From positions 640,001 to 704,000 of the forward strand of contig CBDFJG010000003.1 of assembly GCA_965248445.1 (NCBI GenBank): a stretch of 64,000 nucleotides of DNA, read 5' to 3'. Of the stretch, positions 21,815 to 30,413 are shown in pieces. Made by a program: the position numbers and the translations under genes. Position 1 is the first letter of the stretch; each line of letters begins with the position of its first letter. This stretch comes from Planctomycetota bacterium. Its GTDB lineage: Bacteria > Planctomycetota > JAJSAM01 > JAJVHW01. A model generated the notes under the pieces. That model searched no databases and was not told where the DNA came from. It was given only the letters and a program-made list of their open reading frames with translations.

Positions 21815-23053
21815 ATGCTCGGCCGCCTGACCGTCCGGGACCTCGACGTCGCCGGCAAGCGCGTGTTCGTTCGCGTCGACTTCAACGTCCCGCTGAACGA
21901 GGACGGCGAAGTCACCGACGAGCGACGCATCCGCGCGGCGCTGCCCACGATCGGTCTGCTGCGCGAACGCGGTGCCGCGGTCGTCCTGGCGAGCCACCTC
22001 GGGCGTCCGAAGGGCGAGGTTGTCGAGTCGCTTCGCATGGCGCCGGTTGCCGTCCGCCTGTCGAAACTCCTCGGCGTGAACGTCGCGACCACTGCGGCGA
22101 ATGTCGGAAGCGAGGTGCAGGCCGCCGCGAAGGCACTCGGCGCGGGTGACGTGCTGCTGCTCGAGAACCTGCGCTTCGATCGCCGCGAGAAGGAGTGCGA
22201 CGAGGAGTTCTCCCGCGAGCTCGCGTCGCTCGGGGACGTCTACGTGAACGACGCGTTCGGCGCCGCGCACCGCGCGCACGCTTCCATCTCGGGCGTGCCC
22301 GCGCACCTGCCGCAAGCCGCGGCGGGTTTGCTCCTCGCGAAGGAGCTCGAGTTCCTGGGCGGTGCTCTGGATGCGCCCGAGCGGCCGTTCGTTCTCGTGT
22401 TCGGCGGCGCGAAGATCTCCGACAAGGTCCCGGTGTTGCGCCGCCTGCTCGACCGGGTGGACGTGGCGGTCATCGGCGGCGCCATGGCGTACACGTTCCT
22501 GACCGCCCGCGGCGTGGACGTCGGCGCCTCGCGCGTGGAGACCGACGCCGTCGGGATCGCGGGCGAGATTCTGGCCGAAGCGGACCGCCGGGGCGTGCGC
22601 GTCCTGCTGCCAACCGACCACGTCGTCGCGGCGACGCTGGCCGAGGGCGTCGAAACGCGCGTCGATGCGCCGGGAATCTCAGGCGGGATGATGGGACTCG
22701 ACGTGGGTCCGGTGACTGCCGGAGCGTACGCCAGCGAGATCGCACAGGCGCGAACGGTGCTCTGGAACGGGCCGATGGGCGTCTTCGAGATCCCGCCGTT
22801 CGACAGCGGGACCCGCGTGGTCGGGCAGGCCATCGCGGACGTCACGGGACGGGGTGCGACGAGTGTGGTGGGGGGCGGCGATACTGCAGCCGCCGCGGAG
22901 ATCGCGGGCATCGCGAAGAACATGACGCACGTCTCCACCGGCGGGGGCGCGTCGCTGGCGCTCCTGGCCGGCGAGCGGTTGCCCGGCGTCGAGGCACTGA
23001 CCCGAACCCAGCGAACCCGAATCCAGCCAGAGAAGCCCGGAGAGACCGAATGA
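21815..23053 (+). CDS. pgk: Phosphoglycerate kinase
   Basis: RVDFNVP, SHLGRP, NDAFG and STGGGASL. Confidence 0.96.
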   Translation: MLGRLTVRDLDVAGKRVFVRVDFNVPLNEDGEVTDERRIRAALPTIGLLRERGAAVVLASHLGRPKGEVVESLRMAPVAVRLSKLLGVNVATTAANVGSEVQAAAKALGAGDVLLLENLRFDRREKECDEEFSRELASLGDVYVNDAFGAAHRAHASISGVPAHLPQAAAGLLLAKELEFLGGALDAPERPFVLVFGGAKISDKVPVLRRLLDRVDVAVIGGAMAYTFLTARGVDVGASRVETDAVGIAGEILAEADRRGVRVLLPTDHVVAATLAEGVETRVDAPGISGGMMGLDVGPVTAGAYASEIAQARTVLWNGPMGVFEIPPFDSGTRVVGQAIADVTGRGATSVVGGGDTAAAAEIAGIAKNMTHVSTGGGASLALLAGERLPGVEALTRTQRTRIQPEKPGETE

Positions 23054-23742
23054 CGGAGATGCCCCCGATCCTCATCGCGCCGAGCTTGCTCTCGGTCGAC
23101 TTCGGGCGTCTGGCCTCTGGCATGCGCACGGTCGAGGACGCCGGCGCCGATCTCCACCACGTCGACGTGATGGACGGTCACTTCGTGCCGAACCTCTCGA
23201 TCGGACCGCCCGTGGTGAAGGCGATCGCGCGCGAGGCCGCCATTCCGATGGACTGCCATCTCATGGTGACGGACCCGCTGCTCTACGGCGAGCGCTTCGC
23301 GAAGATGGGCGCGTGGACCGTCACGTTCCACATCGAGGTGGCCGATGACCCGGCAGCGATGGCCGCGGCGCTCCGCGAGATGGGCGTGCGACCGGGCATT
23401 GCGATCAACCCGCCGACGCCCGTCGAAGCCCTCGAGCCCGCACTCGATTACGTCGACATGGTGCTCGTGATGTCAGTCAACCCGGGCTTCGGCGGACAGT
23501 CGTTCATTCCCGAGGTTCTGTCGAAGGTCGAGGCCCTGCGCGGCCGCTACGGCTACGGCGGCGATATCGAGATGGACGGTGGCATCGCTCCTTCGACTAT
23601 CGGATCGTGCGCCGCCGCCGGCGCGAACGTGCTCGTCGCGGGCAGCGCCGTCTACGGAGCCGAAGATCCGGCCGCCGCGGTGCACGAGTTGCGCCGGCTG
23701 GCCGAGCATGCAGCTGTCTCCGAGGCGCAGGAAGCACGCTGA
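23050..23742 (+). CDS. rpe: Ribulose-phosphate 3-epimerase
   Basis: HVDVMDGHFVPN, MSVNPGFGGQ and DGGI. Confidence 0.96.
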   Translation: MTEMPPILIAPSLLSVDFGRLASGMRTVEDAGADLHHVDVMDGHFVPNLSIGPPVVKAIAREAAIPMDCHLMVTDPLLYGERFAKMGAWTVTFHIEVADDPAAMAAALREMGVRPGIAINPPTPVEALEPALDYVDMVLVMSVNPGFGGQSFIPEVLSKVEALRGRYGYGGDIEMDGGIAPSTIGSCAAAGANVLVAGSAVYGAEDPAAAVHELRRLAEHAAVSEAQEAR

Positions 23743-24578
23743 TGGGGTGGCCGTTCCGCCGCAAGCGCGAGATGCCGGAGGGGCTCTGGAAGGTCTGTCC
23801 CGGGTGTGACAAGTACATCTACAAGGCGCAGATCGAGGAGGCGCTCGAGTGCTGCCCCGAGTGCGGTGAGCACTTCATGATCAGCGGCCGCGGGCGCATC
23901 GAGATCACGCTGGATCCCGGCTCGTTCGAAGAAACCGGTGCCGACGTCGCAGGGCGCGACGTCCTCGGGTTCGTGGACAGCAAGGGTCCGTACTCGAAAA
24001 AGCTCGACTCGGCGCAGAAGCGCACCGGCATGGCGGACGCGTGCATCGTGGGCTGGGGACGCATCCACGGTATCCGTGTCGTGGTTGCCTGTCTCGACTT
24101 CACGTTCCTCGGTGGTTCGATGGGGCACGCCGTCGGCGAGAAGGTCGCTCTCGCGCTCGAGATCGCACTCGAAGAGGAGCTGCCGTGCATCGTGTTCTCG
24201 TCGTCGGGCGGCGCGCGCATGCACGAGGGCGCACTCTCGCTGATGCAGATGGCGAAGACGTCCGCAGCGGTCAAGCGCTACAAGGACCGCGGCCGGTGGC
24301 CGTACATCTCGGTGCTCACGCACCCGACCACGGGCGGGGTCACAGCGTCGTTCGCCGCGCTGGGCGATCTGATCATCGCGGAACCGGGAGCGCTGATCGG
24401 GTTCGCCGGACCGCGGGTGATCAAGCAGACCATCCGTCAAGACCTGCCCGACGGGTTCCAGCGCGCGGAGTTCCTGCTCGAGAAGGGCTTCGTCGACCGC
24501 ATCGTGCCGCGTGCCGAATTGCGGGACCAGGTGGCGCAGATCCTGGCGCTGCTGCTGCCGGTCGCGTCGCGGGCGTAG
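23742..24578 (+). CDS. accD: Acetyl-CoA carboxylase carboxyltransferase beta subunit
   Basis: N-terminal C4 Zn finger, GGSMG, SGGARMHEG and GFAGPRVI. Confidence 0.95.
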   Translation: MGWPFRRKREMPEGLWKVCPGCDKYIYKAQIEEALECCPECGEHFMISGRGRIEITLDPGSFEETGADVAGRDVLGFVDSKGPYSKKLDSAQKRTGMADACIVGWGRIHGIRVVVACLDFTFLGGSMGHAVGEKVALALEIALEEELPCIVFSSSGGARMHEGALSLMQMAKTSAAVKRYKDRGRWPYISVLTHPTTGGVTASFAALGDLIIAEPGALIGFAGPRVIKQTIRQDLPDGFQRAEFLLEKGFVDRIVPRAELRDQVAQILALLLPVASRA

Positions 24579-24599
24579 CGCCGGCAGCCCGGCAGATTG

Positions 24600-24992
24600 C
24601 TACGGCGACTCGGTCCAGCTGACGATCGCGGGCAGGCTGCCGCTGTCCTGCGCGAGCCGGACCCGGACATGGCGCGTCAGCTCGACGGCGAAGGGCGCGG
24701 CGCCGGTCGTCGCCGCCACGCGCAGCTCCTCTCCGTCCACGGAGATCGAGACGGCAGCGGGGCCGATGAGGGTGGCCTCACCGACGTACGAGCTGTCGGA
24801 CTGCAGCGCGGCCCGCGCCAGGTCGACTCCGCCCATGAGCGCGGCGTCGAGGTGCGCGTCGGCGCGGTCGCGCGCGTGCGAGAGAGCCATGGCCCGGGCC
24901 CGGCTGACGTGAGCTGCACCGAGAGCGGCGAACACGATCATTAGCAGCATCGCGTAGAGGAGAGCGGTGCCCGAGTTGCTGCGGCGTCTCAT
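24600..24992 (-). CDS. Minor pilin-like protein (PilX/GspK-like N-terminus)
   Basis: MRRRSNSG|TALLYAMLLMIVF: basic leader, Gly cleavage site, hydrophobic helix, no E5; last gene of the pilin cluster. Confidence 0.6.
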   Translation of the reverse strand: MRRRSNSGTALLYAMLLMIVFAALGAAHVSRARAMALSHARDRADAHLDAALMGGVDLARAALQSDSSYVGEATLIGPAAVSISVDGEELRVAATTGAAPFAVELTRHVRVRLAQDSGSLPAIVSWTESP

Positions 24993-25417
24993 CGCGCGCC
25001 GCCCGCACGGAGTCCCACCGTCAGCGAACGCTGGGTCGTTGGAGCGGAGAGGACGACGTTCACCTGTCCGTCGTTCACTTCGGCCGCCAGGTCGTGGATC
25101 CGGCGAGAGACGTCCTCGTCGCAGCCGCCGGCCGAACGGGTCAGGCCGCGGGGGCCGGCACGCCAGACGACCTCGCGGCCGGCGAGCGACAGGACCAGTG
25201 CGTCCTCGCGCAAGGCGGCCTCGGAGGCTGCGCGCAGGTCGAGCGCGATGCGGCGGCGGGCGCGCGAAGCGGCGTCGGCGTCCTCCATGCGTGCGTCCAC
25301 CGCGCGGGCCGCTGTCGCAGTGCGCAGGAGAGTCGGGAACACGGCCGCCGTAACCGTCCCGATCATCGCCAGCGAGACCATCAACTCGACCATCGTGAAG
25401 CCCCGTTCGCGGCTCAT
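24989..25417 (-). CDS. Prepilin-type N-terminal cleavage/methylation protein
   Basis: MSRERG|FTMVELMVSLAMI, canonical motif. Confidence 0.85.
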   Translation of the reverse strand: MSRERGFTMVELMVSLAMIGTVTAAVFPTLLRTATAARAVDARMEDADAASRARRRIALDLRAASEAALREDALVLSLAGREVVWRAGPRGLTRSAGGCDEDVSRRIHDLAAEVNDGQVNVVLSAPTTQRSLTVGLRAGGAR

Positions 25418-25779
25418 CGTGGAGTCTCCGTCGCGATCAGTGTGGTGAGCGTGCACTCCGCGCCCTCGTTCTGCACCGTCACCACGACCTCGAGGAGGCC
25501 CGGTGCGACGGCGCGCACGGTCCGCTCGGCTGAGCCGCCGGGAAAGCGACGGAGGGGGATCGCCGATGTACCGGTCGCGAGCGACGCGGGGTGCGCGCGA
25601 CTCTTCTCGAGCAGCGCAGCTGCAGCATCGCGGACCGCGTCCCGCCGCGCCGACTCCTGCACGAAGCGCGATTCCGCGTTGCCCGCGACGCGCGTGCCGG
25701 CCAGGAGGATGACGATCACCGCCAGGGCGATCACCCCCTCGAGCATGGCCCAACCCCTGCTGCCTCGCGCGCCGGTCAC
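25414..25779 (-). CDS. Prepilin-like protein (PilV/GspI-like)
   Basis: MTGARGSRG|WAMLEGVIALAVIVILL; 4-nt overlaps with both neighbours. Confidence 0.7.
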   Translation of the reverse strand: MTGARGSRGWAMLEGVIALAVIVILLAGTRVAGNAESRFVQESARRDAVRDAAAALLEKSRAHPASLATGTSAIPLRRFPGGSAERTVRAVAPGLLEVVVTVQNEGAECTLTTLIATETPR

Positions 25780-26864
25780 TGGACGGACTCCAGGAGCGTT
25801 CCTTGAGCGGAGAAGAACATGAGCAGGATCAACGTCAGCAGCGCGCCGACCGCCAGCGCAGCGGCCGCCGGGAACGCACGGACCAGCGCGTCGGCCCCGC
25901 TGCGAGCCCGTTCCACGCACCGCGACGCGAGAACGCGCAGGTGGGCTGCAGCGTGCGGCCCGACCGAGAGCAGCGCGGCACGCTCGCTGACGCCGGGTGG
26001 AAGCGGCAACGCTCGCCACGCGGTCCCGGGGTCGCCGCCGCTCGCCAGCGCGTGCGAGACGCGCTGTGCGGACCTTCCGACGCGCGAACCATCGGCTGCC
26101 CTCCCGGCGTTGGCCATGCTCTTCGAGAGGTCGTCTCCTGCGTCCAGCCTGAACGCGACGACGTCGAGGAACCGCGCCGCGTCCGCGTTCGCGAACACGC
26201 GGCGCACTCCCGGTAGCGTCGCGTAAGCCGTGCGCAGCATGCGCGCCGGCCCGCTGAGGAACGGCATGTGTCTTCCGGTCATCTCGACGATGGCGCCCAC
26301 GACGAGGACGAGAGCGGTGACCACGATCACGTACGAAGCCGCGTCGCATGCCACTTGCCATGAGTACGCACGCTCGATCTCCATTGACTCGAAGATCTCG
26401 TCGAACTTGCGCAGGATCTGGAACACGAACACCACTCCGACGAGCACGACGGCGGGGTAGACCATCGCCGCGGCGAAGCGGTGGCCGACATCGAGGCGCT
26501 CGCTGGTCGTCCGAGCAGCGCGTTCGAGCGCCGCCGCCACGGCCGGCGTGCCGTCCGCTGCCTCGAGCATGGCGCGCTCGTGACCGGCGAGGCGCAAGGG
26601 CCGGCCCAACGCTTCCGCCAGGGGCTCGCCCATATCGAGCCCGCGCGCGACGGCGCGGAGTCGATGGTGCGCCCAGCCGCGGTGCTCGTGCGCGGCGTGC
26701 CAGAACAGGAGAGGATCGACGGGAAGACCTCGCCGTACTGCCGCCGCTGCCGTCTCGAGCACACGCGCGCACCGCTCGTCCGCCAGTCGAACACGGGCCC
26801 GCAGGCTGAACACGTATGCGAGGAGCACGAGCGTGGCACCGGTCAGGATCGTGAGCGCATCCAC
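25776..26864 (-). CDS. Type II secretion system F family protein (divergent)
   Basis: 'GEPLAEAL', 'AAMVYPAVVL' and several TM helices. Confidence 0.7.
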   Translation of the reverse strand: MDALTILTGATLVLLAYVFSLRARVRLADERCARVLETAAAAVRRGLPVDPLLFWHAAHEHRGWAHHRLRAVARGLDMGEPLAEALGRPLRLAGHERAMLEAADGTPAVAAALERAARTTSERLDVGHRFAAAMVYPAVVLVGVVFVFQILRKFDEIFESMEIERAYSWQVACDAASYVIVVTALVLVVGAIVEMTGRHMPFLSGPARMLRTAYATLPGVRRVFANADAARFLDVVAFRLDAGDDLSKSMANAGRAADGSRVGRSAQRVSHALASGGDPGTAWRALPLPPGVSERAALLSVGPHAAAHLRVLASRCVERARSGADALVRAFPAAAALAVGALLTLILLMFFSAQGTLLESVQ

Positions 26865-26867
26865 CGG

Positions 26868-27971
26868 TCAGCCCCTCGCGTACAGCAGTTGGGTGGCCAT
26901 CCGGAAGAGCGGAACGATGAACGAGTACGCCATCAGCAGGACCACGATCCCGACGGCGACCTCCAGGGCCGGACCGACGAACGTCGAGACCCGTTCAGAC
27001 GCGCGCTCCAGCCGCTGCGCGTGAATGCGCGCGACCTCGCGCACCGCCGCGGCTCCCTCGCCCCGCTCCTCCGCCGGCGCGACCAGCCAACCGAGCGACG
27101 GCGAGATGAGATGCGAGGTCTGGAGCGCGTCGGCGAGCCCCGCCCCGTCCTCGGCCGCCTTGGCCGCGGCGCCGGCGCGACTCCGCACCTCCGGATCCTC
27201 GATGACGGCGGCGGAGAGGGCGAGTGCGTCGTCCAGCGGGACCTGCCTCGCGAGCAGCGCAGCCAGCGCGGAGGCGTGCGTCGCCAGAGCGCGCAGGAGA
27301 CGGAGGCGCCCGATGACGGGCAGCCGCATCATGAGCCGGGGTGCAGCGCCACCTTCCAGTGGCCGGCGGCGAGCCATCACGATCAGCACGATCACGGCGA
27401 GCACGATCACAAGACCGACAGCGGCGAGCGGCGCGAAAGCCAATCCGCCCGGCGCCAGGGCGGCGACCATGCCGTTCGTGTCGGTTCCGCGCGCGCCGAT
27501 CAGCTCGAGCCGCAGCGACTGCAGCATCGGAGCCACGACGATCAACAGGACGGTGCCGATGACGAACGCGAACGAGCCCGCCATGAGAGGGTAGGCGGTC
27601 GCCCGCCGCAGACGGCGCGTCACACGCGCGGTCAGCTCGGCGTGCTCCGCGCAGGCGTCGAGCGCACCCGCCACGTCGCCGGACTCGTGACCCGCGCGAA
27701 GAAGCGTCGCGTGGAACGGCGGAAGCGCACCGGACTGGCGCGCGTAGGCGTCGTGCAGGGGCAGGCCCTGCTCGACGTCCTGAGCGACGGCGGCCAGCGC
27801 CCCCCGCACGATCTCGTCGTCGGCTGCGGAGTCCACTGCGGCGAGCGCCGCGCCCAGCGGCACACCCGCGCGGCAGAGCGCCGCCAGTGTCCGGTGCGCC
27901 TCGGCGAGGTGCTCCTCCCGCGTCGCGCGCCCAGTCAGCGCGTTGGTTACGATCTCACGACCCGAGGACAC
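26868..27971 (-). CDS. Type II secretion system F/PilC family protein
   Basis: 'AGVPL..AL', 'AGHESGDV', 'ATAYP' and 'IVPLF'. Confidence 0.85.
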   Translation of the reverse strand: MSSGREIVTNALTGRATREEHLAEAHRTLAALCRAGVPLGAALAAVDSAADDEIVRGALAAVAQDVEQGLPLHDAYARQSGALPPFHATLLRAGHESGDVAGALDACAEHAELTARVTRRLRRATAYPLMAGSFAFVIGTVLLIVVAPMLQSLRLELIGARGTDTNGMVAALAPGGLAFAPLAAVGLVIVLAVIVLIVMARRRPLEGGAAPRLMMRLPVIGRLRLLRALATHASALAALLARQVPLDDALALSAAVIEDPEVRSRAGAAAKAAEDGAGLADALQTSHLISPSLGWLVAPAEERGEGAAAVREVARIHAQRLERASERVSTFVGPALEVAVGIVVLLMAYSFIVPLFRMATQLLYARG

Positions 27972-29115
27972 GCCGCACCTCCTCCTGGGTCGTCACACCG
28001 CCAGTGATCAGTCGCGCGGCGTCGTCCGCCAGCGTCCCGCAACCGTCTGCGGCCGCGGCCGCCGCCAGGCGCTGTCCGTCTCCACGGGCGAGGATCGCCT
28101 CCCGGAGAGCGGCGCCGGGCTTGACCCATTCGGCGATGAGTGCGCGCCCCGCGAAGCCCGTCCCGCCGCACTCGTTGCATCCGCCGTCGCAGCGTTCGCA
28201 GCGGCGGCGCAGCAGGCGCTGGGCGAGGACGCCTCGGACGACGGTCGTGAGCACGAACGGCTCGACACCCATGTCGAGCAGCCGCGCGAACACGCCGACG
28301 GCGGTGCCCGCGTGCACCGTCGAGGCAACGAGATGCCCGGTGAGTCCGGCTTCGAGGGCGACCCTCGCCGTCTCGCGGTCACGGATCTCGCCGACCAGCA
28401 AGACGTCGGGGTCCTGCCGGAGCAACGAGCGCAGCGCACGCGGGAAGTCGAGACCCGCACTCGCCGACACCTCGGTGTGCACGACGCCGGGGAGCACACG
28501 CTCGACGGGATCCTCCACGCTGACGACGCTGCGGCCGGGTGTGCGCGCGAGCAGATCGCGCAGACACGCGTGGAGCGTCGTCGTCTTCCCGCTGCCGCTC
28601 GGTCCGGTCAGCAAGACGACGCCGTCCGGCTGCGCGAACGCGTGGCGCAGTTCCTCGACGACGTGCACCGACAGCCCGAGCGCGTCGAGCGGATGATCCT
28701 CCGCCTCGGGCGCGTCGAGCCGTATCGCCACCCGTTCGCCGAGTACGGCGGGGAACGTCGCGACGCGCAACTCGCGCCCGGTCGGGGAGCGATCCGCCGG
28801 GACGCGTCCCTCCTGCGGGAGGTCGCTCCTGTACGCGAGCAGCGATGCGAGGGCCTTCAGGCGGCCGACCACGCGGGGCAGTTCGTCGATCGTGAGGCGC
28901 TCGAGGTCGTGCAGGACCCCGTCCACCCGCACGCGCACCCGCACGCCGTCCCGTTCCGGATCGATGTGCAGATCGCTCGCGCCACGCGCGGCCGCTGCCC
29001 GCAGCAATCGCTCGACCACGACGACGGCGCCGGCCGGTGCGGGGGAGGCCGCGGCGGGGGAAGCTGGAGCGTCGGTTCTGCGCATGGTGGAGGCGGCGGA
29101 ATCCGCCGGTTCCAC
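27955..29115 (-). CDS. GspE/PilB family secretion ATPase (no N-terminal domain)
   Basis: ASDLHIDP, GPSGSGKTT, VEDPVE, LRQDPD, TGHLVASTVH and a Zn-binding Cys cluster. Confidence 0.92.
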   Translation of the reverse strand: MEPADSAASTMRRTDAPASPAAASPAPAGAVVVVERLLRAAAARGASDLHIDPERDGVRVRVRVDGVLHDLERLTIDELPRVVGRLKALASLLAYRSDLPQEGRVPADRSPTGRELRVATFPAVLGERVAIRLDAPEAEDHPLDALGLSVHVVEELRHAFAQPDGVVLLTGPSGSGKTTTLHACLRDLLARTPGRSVVSVEDPVERVLPGVVHTEVSASAGLDFPRALRSLLRQDPDVLLVGEIRDRETARVALEAGLTGHLVASTVHAGTAVGVFARLLDMGVEPFVLTTVVRGVLAQRLLRRRCERCDGGCNECGGTGFAGRALIAEWVKPGAALREAILARGDGQRLAAAAAADGCGTLADDAARLITGGVTTQEEVRRVLGS

Positions 29116-29166
29116 ATCGGCATTTCGAGGCTGGCGAGTCGATCGGCCGGCCTGAGGCGAGGCCGA

Positions 29167-30099
29167 TCAGGCTCCGAGAAGCGCCCCGACGTGAGCCTCG
29201 ACTGATTCCGCGAGGCCGGTCAGGTCGTACCCGCCCTCGAGCAGCGCCACCATTCGCCCGCCCGCCAGCGGAAGCAGCAGCTCCGTCATCCGGCCGAACG
29301 CGCCGGAAGAGACCCGCGTGGCACTCAGCGGATCGCGCACGTGGGCGTCGAACCCGGCGGACACGAGGATCAGCCCGGGATCGAATGCCTCGATGGCGGG
29401 CACGAGCACCTCCTCGAACGCTGCGAGGTACTCGCTGTCTCCGGCGCCCGCGGCCATGGGCAGATTGAGCGTCGCCCCCGCACCGTCACCGCGCCCCCGT
29501 TCCTCCGCGGCACCGGTCCCCGGGTACCAGGGCCATTGGTGGGTGCTCGCGAAGAAGACATCCCCGCGCTCCTCGAACAGGTGCTGCGTTCCATTGCCGT
29601 GGTGGACGTCCCAGTCGACGATCGCCACACGCTCCACGCCGTGCTCGCGGCGGGCGTGCTCGGCGGCGAGCGCGACGTTGTTGAAAAGGCAGAAGCCCAT
29701 CGAGCGATCCCGTTCAGCGTGGTGCCCGGGCGGGCGGCACGCGATGAAGGCGCGGTCCCAGGTCCCGTCCAGCACGCGATCCACCGCCCCGAGGGCGCTT
29801 CCGACCGCCGTCAGAGCGGCTTCGTAGGAGCGCTTCGAGACCACCGTGTCTCCGCCGTCCAGAGCACCGCCCCCGGCTGCCGAGACGCCGGCAGCACGGG
29901 CCACGACCTGCGGGTCGTGGAGTGCCGTGATCGCCTCGGGCGACACGGGTGCAGGCTCCCAGATGTCGAGTTCGTCGCGGAGCCCCGACTCCTCGACCCG
30001 CGACAGAATCGCGCGCAGGCGCTCCGGACGCTCTGGGTGACCGCGCCCCGTGTCATGGGCCAGGAAGACCGGGTGCTCGACGAAGCCGACGCGTGGCAT
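29167..30099 (-). CDS. Histone deacetylase family amidohydrolase
   Basis: HPERPER, RPPGHHA, DWDVHHGNGTQ, SAGFDAH and LEGGY. Confidence 0.93.
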   Translation of the reverse strand: MPRVGFVEHPVFLAHDTGRGHPERPERLRAILSRVEESGLRDELDIWEPAPVSPEAITALHDPQVVARAAGVSAAGGGALDGGDTVVSKRSYEAALTAVGSALGAVDRVLDGTWDRAFIACRPPGHHAERDRSMGFCLFNNVALAAEHARREHGVERVAIVDWDVHHGNGTQHLFEERGDVFFASTHQWPWYPGTGAAEERGRGDGAGATLNLPMAAGAGDSEYLAAFEEVLVPAIEAFDPGLILVSAGFDAHVRDPLSATRVSSGAFGRMTELLLPLAGGRMVALLEGGYDLTGLAESVEAHVGALLGA

Positions 30100-30128
30100 C
30101 CGGGGAGGATACGTGAGCAGCGCCCAAG

Positions 30129-30413
30129 GAGTCTGTCGGAGTAACCCAGCGAGCCACGATCGTCAGAGGCCGGATGCCCGCAAGGAGGACCAAGGAATGC
30201 AGGTCCATCGACCTGCTGACGCGGTCCGACGCCGCGGGGGCCGGACTCTGACGACCCCTCGCGAGATTCGGGACCCACACTCGGGGCGCTGCGACGGTGG
30301 CCGTCTGCGGCGTTGGACCTCCTCGACAACCCACCGGGGGTGCCTTCATCGGTCCGCCTTGCATACGGGCCACCGGCGCAGCGTCGTGGACGCGGGGCTA
30401 CTCCGACAGGCTC
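30129..30413. mobile_element. Non-autonomous MITE-like structured element (285 bp)
   Basis: 19-bp terminal inverted repeats, 17/19 match (GAGTCTGTCGGAGTAACCC 30129-30147; GGGCTACTCCGACAGGCTC 30395-30413). Flanks CAAG/CTAG. Two internal long hairpins; no credible ORF. Confidence 0.7.
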
